Shown here: positions 12,137 through 24,623 of the stretch, one piece after another
Layout of the letters: every line of letters begins with the position of its first letter
Position numbering within the stretch: position 1 is the first letter of the stretch
NCBI RefSeq assembly: GCF_024521635.1
Contig: NW_026250427.1
Span: forward strand, 186,001 to 250,000
DNA: 64,000 nt
From: Tricharina praecox
Taxonomy: Eukaryota
Direction: 5' to 3'
The notes under the pieces: model-generated
What the model was told of the DNA's origin: nothing
Database searches by the model: none
The model's input: only the letters and a program-made list of their open reading frames with translations
Position numbers and translations under genes: made by a program

Positions 12137-12762
12137 CGTGGAGCACAGTTCTTCACCAAGATTGACCTGAAGAATGGGTATCACCTGGGACACATCAAAG
12201 AAGGGGACGAGTGGAAGACAGCATTCCGAACACGTTATGGCCTCTACGAATTTCTCATTATGCCGTTTGGGCTGTCCAACGCACCTGCTACCTTCCAGGA
12301 CATGATTAATCATATCTCCCGGGATATGATTGATGTCGGCCTCGTTGCCTATATTGACGACCTTCTCATCTACGCCTCTACCAGGGCGGAGCATGATGAA
12401 ATAGTCAAAGAAGTCCTGCGACGTCTGACGGCTAACAAACTGGCCGTATCAGCGGAAAAATGCGAGTGGAGGAAGCATGAGGTGGAATTCCTAGGCTACA
12501 TAGTCGGCCGAGAAGGAATCAAGATTGCAGGGGACAAAGTGGAAAGTGTGCTTGAGTGGGAAGTACCCCGGTCCCTGCGAGACGTTCAATCCTTTCTGGG
12601 CTTCGCTAACTTCTATCGCCGCTTTATCAAGGACTACTCGAGGGTCGCACGCCCGTTGACGGAGTCTACGAAAGGTGATAAGAAAGATTGGCAATGGACG
12701 CCCAAGATGCAGAAAGCCTTTGACGATCTGAAGAAACGCTTCACTACCGCTCCGATACTGGC

Positions 12763-13451
12763 TGTGACACCCCGATAGGTATCGGAGGTCACGACGGTCG
12801 CGAAAGATGTGATTAGATAGTCTGGGTGATTAGAATAGAGTTGCGAGCCAAAAGGATAGTTAGAAGCGATCGAGGACAAGATAGGAAGGAGGGAGCAAAC
12901 GGAGTTCAGAGTCTAGACAGTGATCGGAGATGCGGGAAATCGCGATAACAGTCCAGAGGACTTTCAGATCTCCGTTCATAGGGCCCCGCAATAGGAACTT
13001 GGATCCAGGGAAAACTGTTATGACGAGAGAATCGAACATCGACCGATGGGGGCAGACAACTTCGAGCGAAGAACTCTGCCGGCGCATGAGGGAGATAATT
13101 GCTCGGAAACTCTGATCTATCTTGGGCGCGTGGTGTTTACCACCTGCCTAGTCGAGAAGACTATCTGAAGAGAGCTGACTACGACTCGAGGCTAGGCCGC
13201 GGAACTCCGATGCAAAGGAAGCAACGGAGCTACGTTAGGCAGCAATTTAGAGAAATCACGTGCTGCGGATCGGAACGACTACAAGTCGAACCGAGCGGGC
13301 AACCAAACCAAACTACAATCATCGCACCGAACAAACCATCAGAGAAACACCCTTAAGATTATTCCGTTGTGAATTATCGAAATCCCTGACTTTTATTCTA
13401 CACTCGATAATACAATAGACTCCGACGGCCCGAACTGGTTCCAGTCTCACA
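12763..13451 (+). repeat. Solo LTR-A
   Basis: TSD CTGGC/CTGGC. Confidence 0.95.
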
Positions 13452-14848
13452 CTGGCCCACTTCCAACCCAACGAACCAGTTATCGTTGAAACAGACGCAT
13501 CGGGTTTTGCCCTCGGTGCCGTCCTATCCCAGAAGGATGAAGAAGGAAGACTGCACCCTGTCGCCTACCATTCGAGGAAATTCTCTCCCGCGGAAATCAA
13601 CTACGCAATACACGACAAAGAGCTACTCGCCATTGTCGACGCTTTCAACCACTGGAGACGATACCTCGAAGGCGCACAGCACCAAGTGCAAGTCTTTAGC
13701 GACCACCAGAACCTCGAGTACTTCACAACCACAGAAGTACTCAATCGACGCCAGGCACGATGGGCACAGGAGCTCGCCGGCATCGATTTCAAGATCTACT
13801 ACCGACCCGGAAACCAGAATGGAAAACCTGATGCTCTTTCCCGGCGCCCGGAATACCGCCCTGAAAAAGGGGGGGGTGAGGATCAACCAATCACGACGAT
13901 CCTGCACGGAAAACACTTTGCAGGAAAGAACAATGTCTCTTCGATCAGCACGGCTGGACACGGTACCCTCGTTTCTGATCTCGTCGGTACGGCTAACCTC
14001 TACCCCAACACGGAAATGGTCTTTGGAGTTTTTGGAGTTGGTGCGCGAGAAGGGAGGATGTGACGCTGAGTGGGAGAAAGCTCTCAAAAGCGTTGGTGAA
14101 GCGGCTTCTGAGGAACAGGAGCCGAATACCGGAAAGGGTAAGGAGGTAGCGGCACGTGGGAATTCCATGCCGAACGACCGCAAGGTCAAGGAGGATGCCG
14201 TTCGGAGCAGAGACTCTGAACGGATGAGCCAAAAGGCCGGGATACTGAGGGTGGAAGATGGATGTGTGTACCGGAAGGAGAACTTGTGGATACCGAACAA
14301 CAAAGGCCTGATCCAGCAGATCCTGGAGTCAGAGCACGATACCAAAGTCGCCGGCCATATGGGCAAGGACAAGACGATCGAGTTGATTCGACGCAACTTT
14401 TGGTGGCCAAAAATGGACGAAGCCATCATCGACTTCGTGCGTGGCTGTCCTGAATGTCAAAAAAACAAGACAGCGCGACACCAACCCTATGGACTCCTAA
14501 ACCCCCTCGAACTGCCTTACGCTCCATGGCAATCCATCGCTATGGACTTCATAACCGATCTACCCGTGTCTGAGGAATGCGACCAACTCTGGGTAGTCAT
14601 CGACCGATTCACCAAGATGGCTCATTTCATTCCCCTACGAAAGGACGGCAAGACAGCCAGCGACCTCGCGAAAATCTTTGCCCGCGAAATCTGGCGCTTC
14701 CACGGCCTACCCTCGGATATTGTATCGGACAGAGATTCCCGCTTCACGTCGGATACGTGGAAGGAATTTATGAAGCTTTTACGCATCAAGGCAAGGATGT
14801 CTACAGCGTTTCACCCCCAAACAGACGGGCAAACAGAACGCCTCATCC

Positions 14849-15541
14849 TGTGAGACTGGAACGAGTTTGCATCATCGGAGTCTATGGTAATATCGAGTAT
14901 AGAATAAAAGTCAGGGATTTCGATAATTCACAACGGAATAATCTTAAGGGTGTTTCTTCGATGGTTTGTTCGGTGCGATGATTGTGGTTTTTTGGTTCGG
15001 TTGCCCGCTCGGTTCGACTTATAGTTGTTCCGATCGTCAGCACGTGATTCCTCTAGAGTGCGGCCTAACGTAACTCCGTTGCTTCCTTTGCATCGGAGTT
15101 CCGCGGCCTAGCCTTGAGTCGTTGTCAGCTCTTTTCGGATAGTCTTCTCAACTAGGCAGGTGGTAAACACCACGCGCCCAAGATAGATCGGAGCTTCCGA
15201 GCAATTATCTCCCTCATGCGCCGGCAGAGTTCTTCGCTCGAAGTTGTCTGCCCCCATCGGTCCATGTTCGATTCTCTCGTCATAACAGCTTTTCCCTGGA
15301 TCGGAGTTCCTACTGCGGGGCCCTATGAACGGAGATCTCAAAGTCCTCTGGACTGTTATCCCGATCTCCCGCAACTTCGATCACTGTCTAGACTGTGGAA
15401 TCCGTTTGCTCCCTCCTTCCTGTCTTGTCTTTGATCGCTTCTAACTATCCTTTCGGCTCGCAACTCTATTCTAATCACCCGAACTATCTAATCACATCTC
15501 TTGCGACCGTGGTGACCTCCGATACCTATCGGGGTATCACA
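14849..15541 (-). repeat. Solo LTR-A
   Basis: TSD CATCC/CAACC (1 mismatch). Confidence 0.93.
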
Positions 15542-16688
15542 CAACCAGGCGATCGAAGCATACCTCCGCTCGTTCGTCAACAAAGACCAAGACCACTGGG
15601 TCAGCCTCCTCACCATGGCTGAGTTTGCCTACAACAACTCGGTCACCACGGCTACTGGATTCTCACCGTTCTACGCGAACTACGGATTGCACCCAACAGC
15701 TAGCGGACTTACTGCGACGGACCCCATCAAACCCGCCAGCACGGTCTATGCGCACTGTATGCAGACTGTGCACGAGGAGACCATCAAGTCCCTTGAGCAA
15801 ACACAGGAACGCATGCGCCGCTACGCCGACCGACGTCACCAAGAGGCCCCCGCTTATCAGGTAGGAGACCTGGTAATGCTCAGCGGACGGAATATACAAA
15901 CCCGCCGCCCCTCGAGGAAACTGGACCACAAAAATCATGGCCCGTTCCAAATCTACAAGATCGTTTCCCCCCTTGCCGTCAAGCTCACGTTACCGCGGAA
16001 ATGGAAGATACACAATGTCTTCCATGTCTCGCTGGTCGAACCCTACCGAGCAGGCAACCGAGATCCCCTCGACCCGTCGAAAATACTCAAGGAAGCGGAT
16101 GACGTCGAGAGCAATGAGGAATACGATGTCGAGGAGGTTATGGGTAGCACCAAGAAAGGACAGCGCGTACGCTACCCCCGTGAAATGGCTCAACTATACC
16201 ACCAAACGGGATTGGATTCATGAGCATTTCGACAACTTTTCAGTAGGTGGTCGGGAGAAACTGCGGGAATTCCACCGCAAGAATCCGGACGCACCGAGGG
16301 ACTATCGGCTCACAGAAGACTGAGAGTTTTTTCCCACTGGGTTTTTCTCTTGAGTCGAGCGATAGTAGGATGCAGGGGTTGGAGGACTGCATTCACCGTA
16401 CAAAGACTAGATAGAACTCCGCACACTTCGGGACGAAAGCGTCGGAGAGGGGAGATGGTGTCACACCCTGGTCGCAGTCGGCCCGACTTCAAGGTCCAGC
16501 TTCTTACCAACGGAAGTTCGGGAAAAAGAGTTAGATAGATCGGGGAACAGGAGGGAACCTTTAGATTAGTCGTAGCTAGTCAGAGACGAGATAGGAAGGA
16601 AGGAAGGAAATGGAACCAGAGTCTAGGTGGGATCAGAGGCGCTGCGATACGCACGAAAAGTCCGATCCAGTCATGCTTGACTTGAGGC

Positions 16689-19600
16689 CTCATTCCTGCA
16701 TTGCCGCCTGCGCAGCCGCCTGCGCAGCCCTGCGCTACCTTCCAACCCCTTTTTCGACTCTTCCTCGAACGTTCCGTTGTGAGCCGTGACAGTAGCCCCT
16801 CCTAAGGCTCGAGTTCCCACGAGAGCAAGTTGGACTGGTCCAGGCTTCATCGGGTACCGTTGGTGGAAGTCGTCCACCGCTTGTACGTCTGCCAGGTTCT
16901 CCTCGGGTTCCCACGTCGGTGCTGCGAAACCCCTACACTTGACCAGGTACTGGAGTCTCCCCCTCAGCGTTTGGCTGTCCAGCACTTCCTCCACCTCCCA
17001 TTCTTCCTGGTCGTTCATGATTACCGGCAATGGTGGCGGCAGGATCTGGCCAGGGAGGGGGTCGTCGGCGGATGCGTGGAGGAGGGACACTGGGAAGGTG
17101 CGGTGCTCCTGGATGGTTTTGGGGATGTCTAGTTCGTATGCGTGGGTTCCGATGGCTCTGGTAATCCGATAGGGTCCGTGGTGCTTGTTTTCCAGTTTCC
17201 GGCTCGGTCGCTCGGTCCTCCAGTTTTGGCCGTCCACCCATACCAAGTCCCCAGGATGGAAGGCCGGTGCGGGGGTTCGGTGCTGGTCCGTGTTGTCCTG
17301 CTGCCGTGCCTGGGCATAGCGCATCTTGCTGCGGGAAACGTCGTGGATCTGCTGGAGTCGCTCTGCCGCTGTCTGTGCCTCTCGTTCTTCGTTCGTGTCG
17401 GTTCGGATGTCAAGCTCGAAGTCACAACGGGGGTGGTACCCTAGGTTAGCAAAGAACGGGGACAGGGTGGTGGTGTCGGATGCCTGGTTGTTGCCAGCGA
17501 ACTCTGCCAAGAATAGGTAGTCAACCCAGTCGTCCTGCAGGTAGCTCACGTATGCTCGGAGTTGTTGTTCCATGATTGCGTTCATCCTTTCTGTTTGGTC
17601 GTCGGTCTGATGGTGGAACGCGGTGGAGAGCCGTGCGTCGATCTTCAGGCAGGCGCACAGGTGTTTCCAGAATCGTGACGCGAACTGGGGGCCTCGGTCC
17701 GAGACAATGGTGTCGGGTAGCCCGTGGTATCTGAAGATCCGGTCGCAGAACAGTTCCGCCAGTCCCTCCGAGGTGATGGTCGTGTTGCAAGGGAGTAGGT
17801 GTCCTTGCTTGGTGAGCCGGTCCACGAAGACACATATGGCGTCGAATCCTTTCGAGGGCGGCAGTCCGGTTACGAAATCGACGGAGATGTGTTGCTAGGG
17901 TTTCTCAGGTACAGGGAGCGGGCGGAGGACGCCATAGGGTGCATGTTGGGTTGACTTGGTCCGTCTGCAAGTGTCGCAGTTCCTGACGGACCGGTCAACA
18001 TCCTTCCGCATCTGGGGCCAGTAGTAGTTCCGGACCAGGGGTTCCAAGGTCTTTGCTCTTCCAGGGTGACCCATAGCCGGTGAGCCGTGGTGGTCCTGGA
18101 TAAGGCGCAGCCGGAGTGGGTCGTTGTGAGACTGGAACGATTTTGGTCGTCGGAGTCGATTGATAGAATAGGATAAGAATGAAGATAGTTAGTATTCTTT
18201 CTTTCACAAGCGGAATAATCTCAAGGGGTAGTGTCGATGGTTTTCTGGTCGCTGATTCTGATGATGAATCTTTCGTCGTGTCGTCGGAAGTCTATATAGT
18301 TGGGTGATGTGATCGAGTCACGTGCCAGCCGTTGCCGTAGTTTGTTGCCGGATGGAACCCCTGGCATGAAATCTCTGCACTTGGTGCGGAGACTTTCTCC
18401 GCCATGTCATCAGAGTCGTCGTAAGCCTTCAGGATAGTTTATACAAACTAGGCAGGTATGGCGCACCAATCCTTACCCGAGCATAGTCCGGTTTCAGCTA
18501 TCTCCCCGCTGGGCAACGGCTGCGCCTTTCGGCACGGCTCTTATTTGCTTAAGACGCGAGAAGAGGGGCAACACTCGTCATAGTGGTTTTTCTCCGATCA
18601 GAGTTTCCTCTGCGCTTGTTCCGCGATTCGCCTGCCTCAAGTCAAGGATGACTGTATCGGACTTTTCGTGCGTATCGCTGCGCCTCTGATCCCACCTAGA
18701 CTCTGGTTCCGTTTGCTTCCTTCCTTCCTATCTCGTCTCTGACTAGCTACGACTAATCTAAAAAATCCCCTCCTGTTCCCCGATCTATCTAACTATCTTT
18801 CCTGAACTCCCGTTGGTAAGCAGCCGGACTCTGAAGCCGGGCCGACTGCGACCAGGGTGTCACAGTCGTGTTCGGGGACGTAGAGGCAATCGCGATAACG
18901 CAGTTGTCCGTTGGCTTCGTTGCAGTCGGCAAGCGAGATGTCTTTCGAGTGGCGTGTCCCGTTTCTTAGTAGTTGGAGGATCTTGTTCGGCGCTGGGTCT
19001 ACCTGGTATGCTACGGTTATCAGGGTAGAGAGTGCCGGACGGGGTACTTCCGATGGGTTGGTCGCTGACAATCTCAGTTCTTCCTGCAGGTTCTGGGGTT
19101 TGAGGACTGCTTGTTGGTTCGCCAGCAGTCTTTCATCCCCCTCCTTAGGGAGGTCTCCTGACCTCCTGGTCAAGGCATCCGGTTTTCCTCCTGCTTTCCC
19201 TGGTCGGTAGACAATTTTGAAGTTGAAACGGGACAGGAATTCCGACCATTGTGCTTGCCGGCAGTTGAACAACTTGGTTGACATGAAGTATTCCAAGTTC
19301 TTGTGGTCGCTCAGGACTTGGATCGGATGCGCGGCCCCTTCAAGGTGCGGTCTCCATTCCTAAAAGGCCCGAACGATTGCCAACAATTCCTCGTCGTAGA
19401 TTTCGTAATTGCATTCTGCCGGGGAGTTTTTCTTTGAATAAACGGCAACCGGGTGCAAGATTCCATCGTCGTCGTACTGGGAGAGGATACCGGCCGATAC
19501 CTAATCCGAGGCATCAGTTTCCACCACTATTTCCCGGTCGTAGTCGAAATGTCGGAGTATCGGGGCGGTAGTGAAGGTAGTTTTGAGAGTGTCGAAGGCT

Positions 19601-22600
19601 TGCTGTTGGTCAATACTTCATTCGAAGGGGACGTAACTCCCATTTTCCTTTTTTGTCATCGCCGTCAGGGGAAATACCACCTTGGAGTAGTCCTGAATAA
19701 AGTGTCGGTAGAAGTTCGCAAAGCCCAAGAAACACTGCACATCCGTTACTGTCGTCGGTTTCTCCCATTCGAGTACGCAAGAGACTTTGGCAGGATCCAT
19801 CTTAATCCCCTCCGTGGTTATGATCAGGCCCAGGTATTTGACCTCCGTCTGGTGGAAGTGGCATTGTTGCGGGTACAAGTGCAGTCCTGCCGATGAAAAG
19901 GCGCGTAACACCTTGGTGACCTGTTTTCAGTGTTCTTCCAGTGACTCGCTGTAGATGAAGACGTCGTCTAGGAAGGCGGTACAGAAGTCGTCCAGGAACG
20001 GTTGTAAAACGTCGTTGATCAGGGCTTGGAAGTCGGCTGGCGCATTTGTTAGCCCGAAGGGCATTACCAACGATTCGAAAAGTCCGTAGCGGGTCCGGAA
20101 GGCCGTTTTCCATTCCTCCCCTTCTGGCATTCGTACCAGTTTGTAAGCACCGCGGATGTCCAGTGTTGTGAAATACTTTGCACCGGATAGTCGCATCAGG
20201 GTTTCCTGAAAAGGGGAAGTGGGTAGCGGTTCTTGATGGTTCCTTCGTTCAGGCCTCGATAGTCCACACACAGTGGCAGAGAGCCGTCCGATTTTTTGAC
20301 AAACAGGATCGGTGATGCCGCTGGTGATGAGGAGGCACGGATGAATCCCTTGCTCAGATTGTCGTCAAGCCATTCCTTGAGTGCGATCAACTAGGTTTTC
20401 AAGAGCGAATAGAGGGGTCCGTAAGGGGGCACAAATCCTTCTTTTAGTGGGATCTTGTGGTCGTATTGCCGGTGGGGTGGTAGCTTCTGCGCCAACCTCT
20501 CAGAGAAGAGGTGGAGAAATTTGTGGTATTCGGGGGGAATGTGGGCGGTTGAGCTTAGTTTCTCTTCGGATAGAGCTTCATCAATCTCCGTCAGGGTCGT
20601 GGCGAAGATGGTGAGGTTCTCCTTTTCCGCCATCTGCTGGAAAGGCTTTATTCGGAGGGCCGAGATTCTGACCGTGGGTTTTCTCTGGTTAGCGTCCTGC
20701 TGGTGCTCTTTGATCTGGGGAGACGTAATGCATCGGGCCACAATGTCGCCGGCCCCCGCGCTTTCTGCTGGCTCTTCCAGAGCTACGTTTGGTGCGACAG
20801 CGTAGGGTAGTTCTGGTGGGTCCGTGGTGATACCGTGGGCTACTGTAGGTACCGTGTTGCAGTGTGGAGTGCAATATTTGGAACCAACGGTGAGGGTGCG
20901 GGAGCTGAATCGGATGGCCACGTCGTGTAGGTCCATCCAGGGAATTCCGAGTACGATTGGGTAGTGCCCCAGCTTGGTGACGAACATGGGGAGTTCTTCG
21001 TGGTGCTCTTGGATTGACAGGGTAGTGGTGGCGACGTGTGTGATGTCGCCGGACTCGATGGGGCGGCCGTCGATGACCTCAAGGGCGCGCGGGAATTCTA
21101 GGGGTACGAGGGGTAGGTTGTGATGGCGGGCGAAGTCTTTGTCTACAAAGGCAATTTCTGTTGCTAAACAATCGATCAGTGCATGCGTGGCAATGGTTTT
21201 GTCACCAAACGAAAGGTTACATAGCACAACGAGATGTTTTCCTTCCGTTGATGATTCCTCCACTACCATCCCAGACACTGACAAATTGGACAAACGAAAA
21301 TGAGTAGAAAAGGGAGAAAAAGACTTATCCTGGGTACAACCAACAACGGTGCCATCAAGCGGTTGTTGGTCTAGGCTTTTCCCGACTGTCCCTGGTTGTC
21401 GCCACAGTTCTGGGTGCAGTTGTGGTAGGGATGGTCGGGGGTCGGAGTTCCGGGCTGGTCAAGGCCCAGCTGTGCTGCTGCAGCGCGGAAAGGGCTGCGG
21501 TTCTTGTTGGGGCAGTGTCAGGCCATATGGCCACTGGCTCCGCAGTACAGGCAACGACCTTCACGGAGCCGGGCTGCACACTCTTGGTCAGAGATTTTCC
21601 AGCTGTTCGCGCTAAGGTGCATGGGCCCCGGGGGTGCCGGTGTCGTGTTCGTGGAGTGGGGGACAAGGTTCTGAGGCTGGTGACGGGGCTGGGTTTGGGT
21701 TTGGTTGGCCGGCGGGGAGGAGGTGTGTGGTTTGTTCGGGTTGCGGCGTCCTTCACGCAGCTGGGGGGCGCGCAACTCTGAGTCCAAGCTTTGGCATAGT
21801 GCCACAAACTGGTTGTAGGTCAACCCATGGGTGCGGCCCACGGGTTGCCGGTGGAGTTCGATAGAAACACCCTCGCGCAACGCGTCGAGCTTTGCGTGCT
21901 CGTCCCAGTTCAGCTTGGACACCAGTCGCTGGAACTCCGCGAGATAGGATGTGAAGTCCTTGTTTCCTTGTTTCAGGCAGTGGAGTTCGGCTCGGGCTTT
22001 AGCGGCTGGATCAGGGTCGCCAAAGGCGTTCTCGAGGATGGTGATCATTGCATCGGCGTCGGTCAGGCTGATGATGTTGTTCCAGATGTAGGGGAGGATC
22101 TGATTCAAGGCGGTCGAAGGTGTACGCCAATCTGAGTGCTGGTGACGGGAAACGGGTGGGGTCGCTATATAGCTTTGGTCGGAGTTGGGCCACGAATCCC
22201 TCAAGCTTTTCCCTGGTACTGTCGAACATGGCAGGTACCGGGACACGTTCTGCACGGCCCTGGGGTTGAGTTTTTAGGGTGGCAAGGCGGTTAGCGATGC
22301 GGCGGGAGTTGGCGAGTTGTTCTTCGAGGTTGTCTACTCGCCAGGTTGGTGCTGCTGTGGGGGACTGGGTAATTGCGCGTGCGATGATTTGGAATTGGTT
22401 ATACAACCCTATCAGGGTCGCATTGCCGGCGGGTGTATCATGGTTTACGATGATTTCGAGTTGTTCGTAGATGGCGGAGGGAATTTGTCGGTAGTAGGGT
22501 GGTGCCACCAGTACTTCCTCCTGCTGGGGAAGGTCTGGTGCTGGGGTGTTGGTGGCCATGGTCTTTCGCTAGGTGGAGAGATGCGCGACGCAACAAAGTG

Positions 22601-23109
22601 TAACGGTACGGTCGGGCTAGGCTCCAGATAGCGAAGCCGGGCGGGTGATCGGGGACTAGGCGGGGCTGAGACGAGGCGGGCTCAGAGGACGACGCAGAGC
22701 AGGGCTCAGTGCTGACGGCAACTGAGAAACAAGGACAGAGACAAGGACTACGGCGCAGACGGCAGCCGAGGCAAGGACAGAGGTAACAGTTGTTGTATTA
22801 ACAAGTTGTTGCGTGAAGAACTAATTACAGAGGCGCTTCGGCCCGCTTATATAGGAAATCCTCCACTTCTTCCCGCAACCTAACAATGACCGTGGGCGTG
22901 TGCCAGACACTGAGAAATTCTCCTCGCCGATACCCCGCTCCAGTGACTCACAGCCTGCGCTGCCGCGCTACCCCTGTCTCCAACACACAGCCCCAATTCC
23001 TGCGACTCATTCCTGCATTGCCGCCCGCGCAGCCCCCTGCGCAGCCCCTGCGCTACCTTCCAACCCCTGTTCCGACTCTTGCGCGCACGTTGCGTTGTGA
23101 GCCGTGACA
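16689..23109 (-). mobile_element. Near full-length family C (subfamily C2) chromovirus, degenerate; 5' LTR 22599-23109, truncated 3' LTR 16689-16791
   Basis: gag about 22559-21371 with CCHC (CLYCGASGHMA*HC), protease (ALIDC), RT (FLDD), RNase H, integrase and chromodomain; several stops and frameshifts. Confidence 0.94.
18125..18864 (-). repeat. Solo LTR-B
   Basis: TSD GTCGT/GTCGT. Confidence 0.95.
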
Positions 23110-23650
23110 GTAGGCATCGCAATCGTCCAAGGGAGCCACTTCGAAGGTTTCGTTGGTGTAGTTCCTCCGGTGTTGGAGGAGCATCGGCATTGTATAATAT
23201 TCCCCGGCTCCTTTCACTATGGTTCCGTGGAAGTCCTTGATTTCCACCGGCTTGGGTCGTTGAATGAGGGGCAACCCAAGTTCTCGTGCAAGGCTTCGTT
23301 TGACGATCGGAATGGCACATCCTGTGTCGAGGAGTACTCGGATCCGTCGTCGCTTGTGCTCAGACCAGAGGAGCATCATTTCTGTGATTGGTCGTGGTCC
23401 GCTGACAGGTTTTGGCGGCTCACACCCTGAGGCCCGCGGCGCGGTTGGACTCGTAGAAATCGGTTGGTCCGTTCGGCTTCGCTTATCTCTGGATTCGCTT
23501 TCGATATCCTGAGGCCGTGGTCTCTTCATTCCGCAAATATATACACCTGGCCGCCCAGTCTGCGGAGTGCTGGGGCCGCTCAAAAATCCTCCAGCTCGCT
23601 CTCATTCCTCTCCCAGAATGGAGGTGCCTCCGTCATTGCTTCATCCTCCA
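23110..23650 (-). pseudogene. Family A gag-end/protease fragment
   Basis: Right end matches window positions 1-120; aspartic protease motif VLLDTGC. Confidence 0.88.
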
Positions 23651-23747
23651 TGTGACACCCTGGTCGCAGTCGGCCCCGACTTCAGGGTTTGGCTTCTTAC
23701 CAACGGGAGTTCGGGAAAAATAGTTAGATAAGATCGGGAACAGGAGG
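23651..23747 (+). repeat. LTR-B 5' fragment (first ~97 nt)
   Basis: TGTGACACCCTGG start; ends at GGAGG, where an oppositely oriented LTR-B begins. Confidence 0.88.
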
Positions 23748-24623
23748 TGTGAGACTGGAACGATTTCGGTCGTCGGAGTCGATTGATAGAATAGGATAAG
23801 AATGAAGATAGATAGTATTCTTTTCTTTCACAAGCGGAATAATCTTAAGGGGTAGTGTCGATGGTTTTCTGGTCGCTGATTCTGATGATGAATCTTTCGT
23901 CGTGTCGTCGGAAGTCTATATAGTTGGGTGATGTGATCGAGTCACGTGCCAGCCGTTGCCGTAGTTTGTTGCCGGATGGAACCCCTGGCGTGAAATCTCT
24001 GCACTTGGTGCGGATACTTTCTCCGCCATGTCATCAGAGTCGTCGTAAGCTTTCAGGATAGTTTATACAAACTAGGCAGGTATGGCGCACCAATCCTTAC
24101 CCGAGCATAGTCCGGTTTCAGCTATCTCCCCGCTGGGCAACGGCTGCGCCTTTCGGCACGGCTCTTATATGCTTAAGACGCGAGAAGAGGGGCAACACTC
24201 GTCATAGTGGTTTTTCTCCGATCAGAGTTTCCTCTACGCTTGTTCCGCGATTCGCCTGCCTCAAGTCAAGGATGACTGTATCGGACTTTTCGTGCGTATC
24301 GCTGCGCCTCCGATCCCACCTAGACTCTGGTTCCGTTTGCTTCCTTTCTTCCTATCTCGTCTCTGACTAGCTACGACTAATCTAAAAAATCCCCTCCTGT
24401 TCCCCGATCTATTTAACTATCTTTCCAGAACTCCCGTTGGTAAGCAGCCGGACTCTGAAGTCGGGCCGACTGCGACCAGGGTGTCACACCATCTCCCCTC
24501 TCCGACGCTTTCGTCCCGAAGCGTGCGGAGTTCTATCTAGTCTATATACGGTGAATGCAGTCCTCCAACCCCTGCATCCTACTATCGCTCGACTCAAGAG
24601 AAAAACCCAGTGGGAAAAAACTC

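Larger units (their letters stand above)
12137..16688 (+). mobile_element. pol: Family B element, 3' part (RT-RNase H-integrase-chromodomain, PPT, truncated 3' LTR-B from 16459)
   Basis: YIDD, ETDAS, HHCC zinc finger, DDE core, chromodomain YDVEEVMGS; PPT GGAGAGGGGAGATGG before the LTR. Confidence 0.94.

Noticed and set aside
13623..14429. 268-aa antisense ORF (also 25819-26625)
   Set aside because: Shadow of GC-rich pol; conservation is explained by copy identity.
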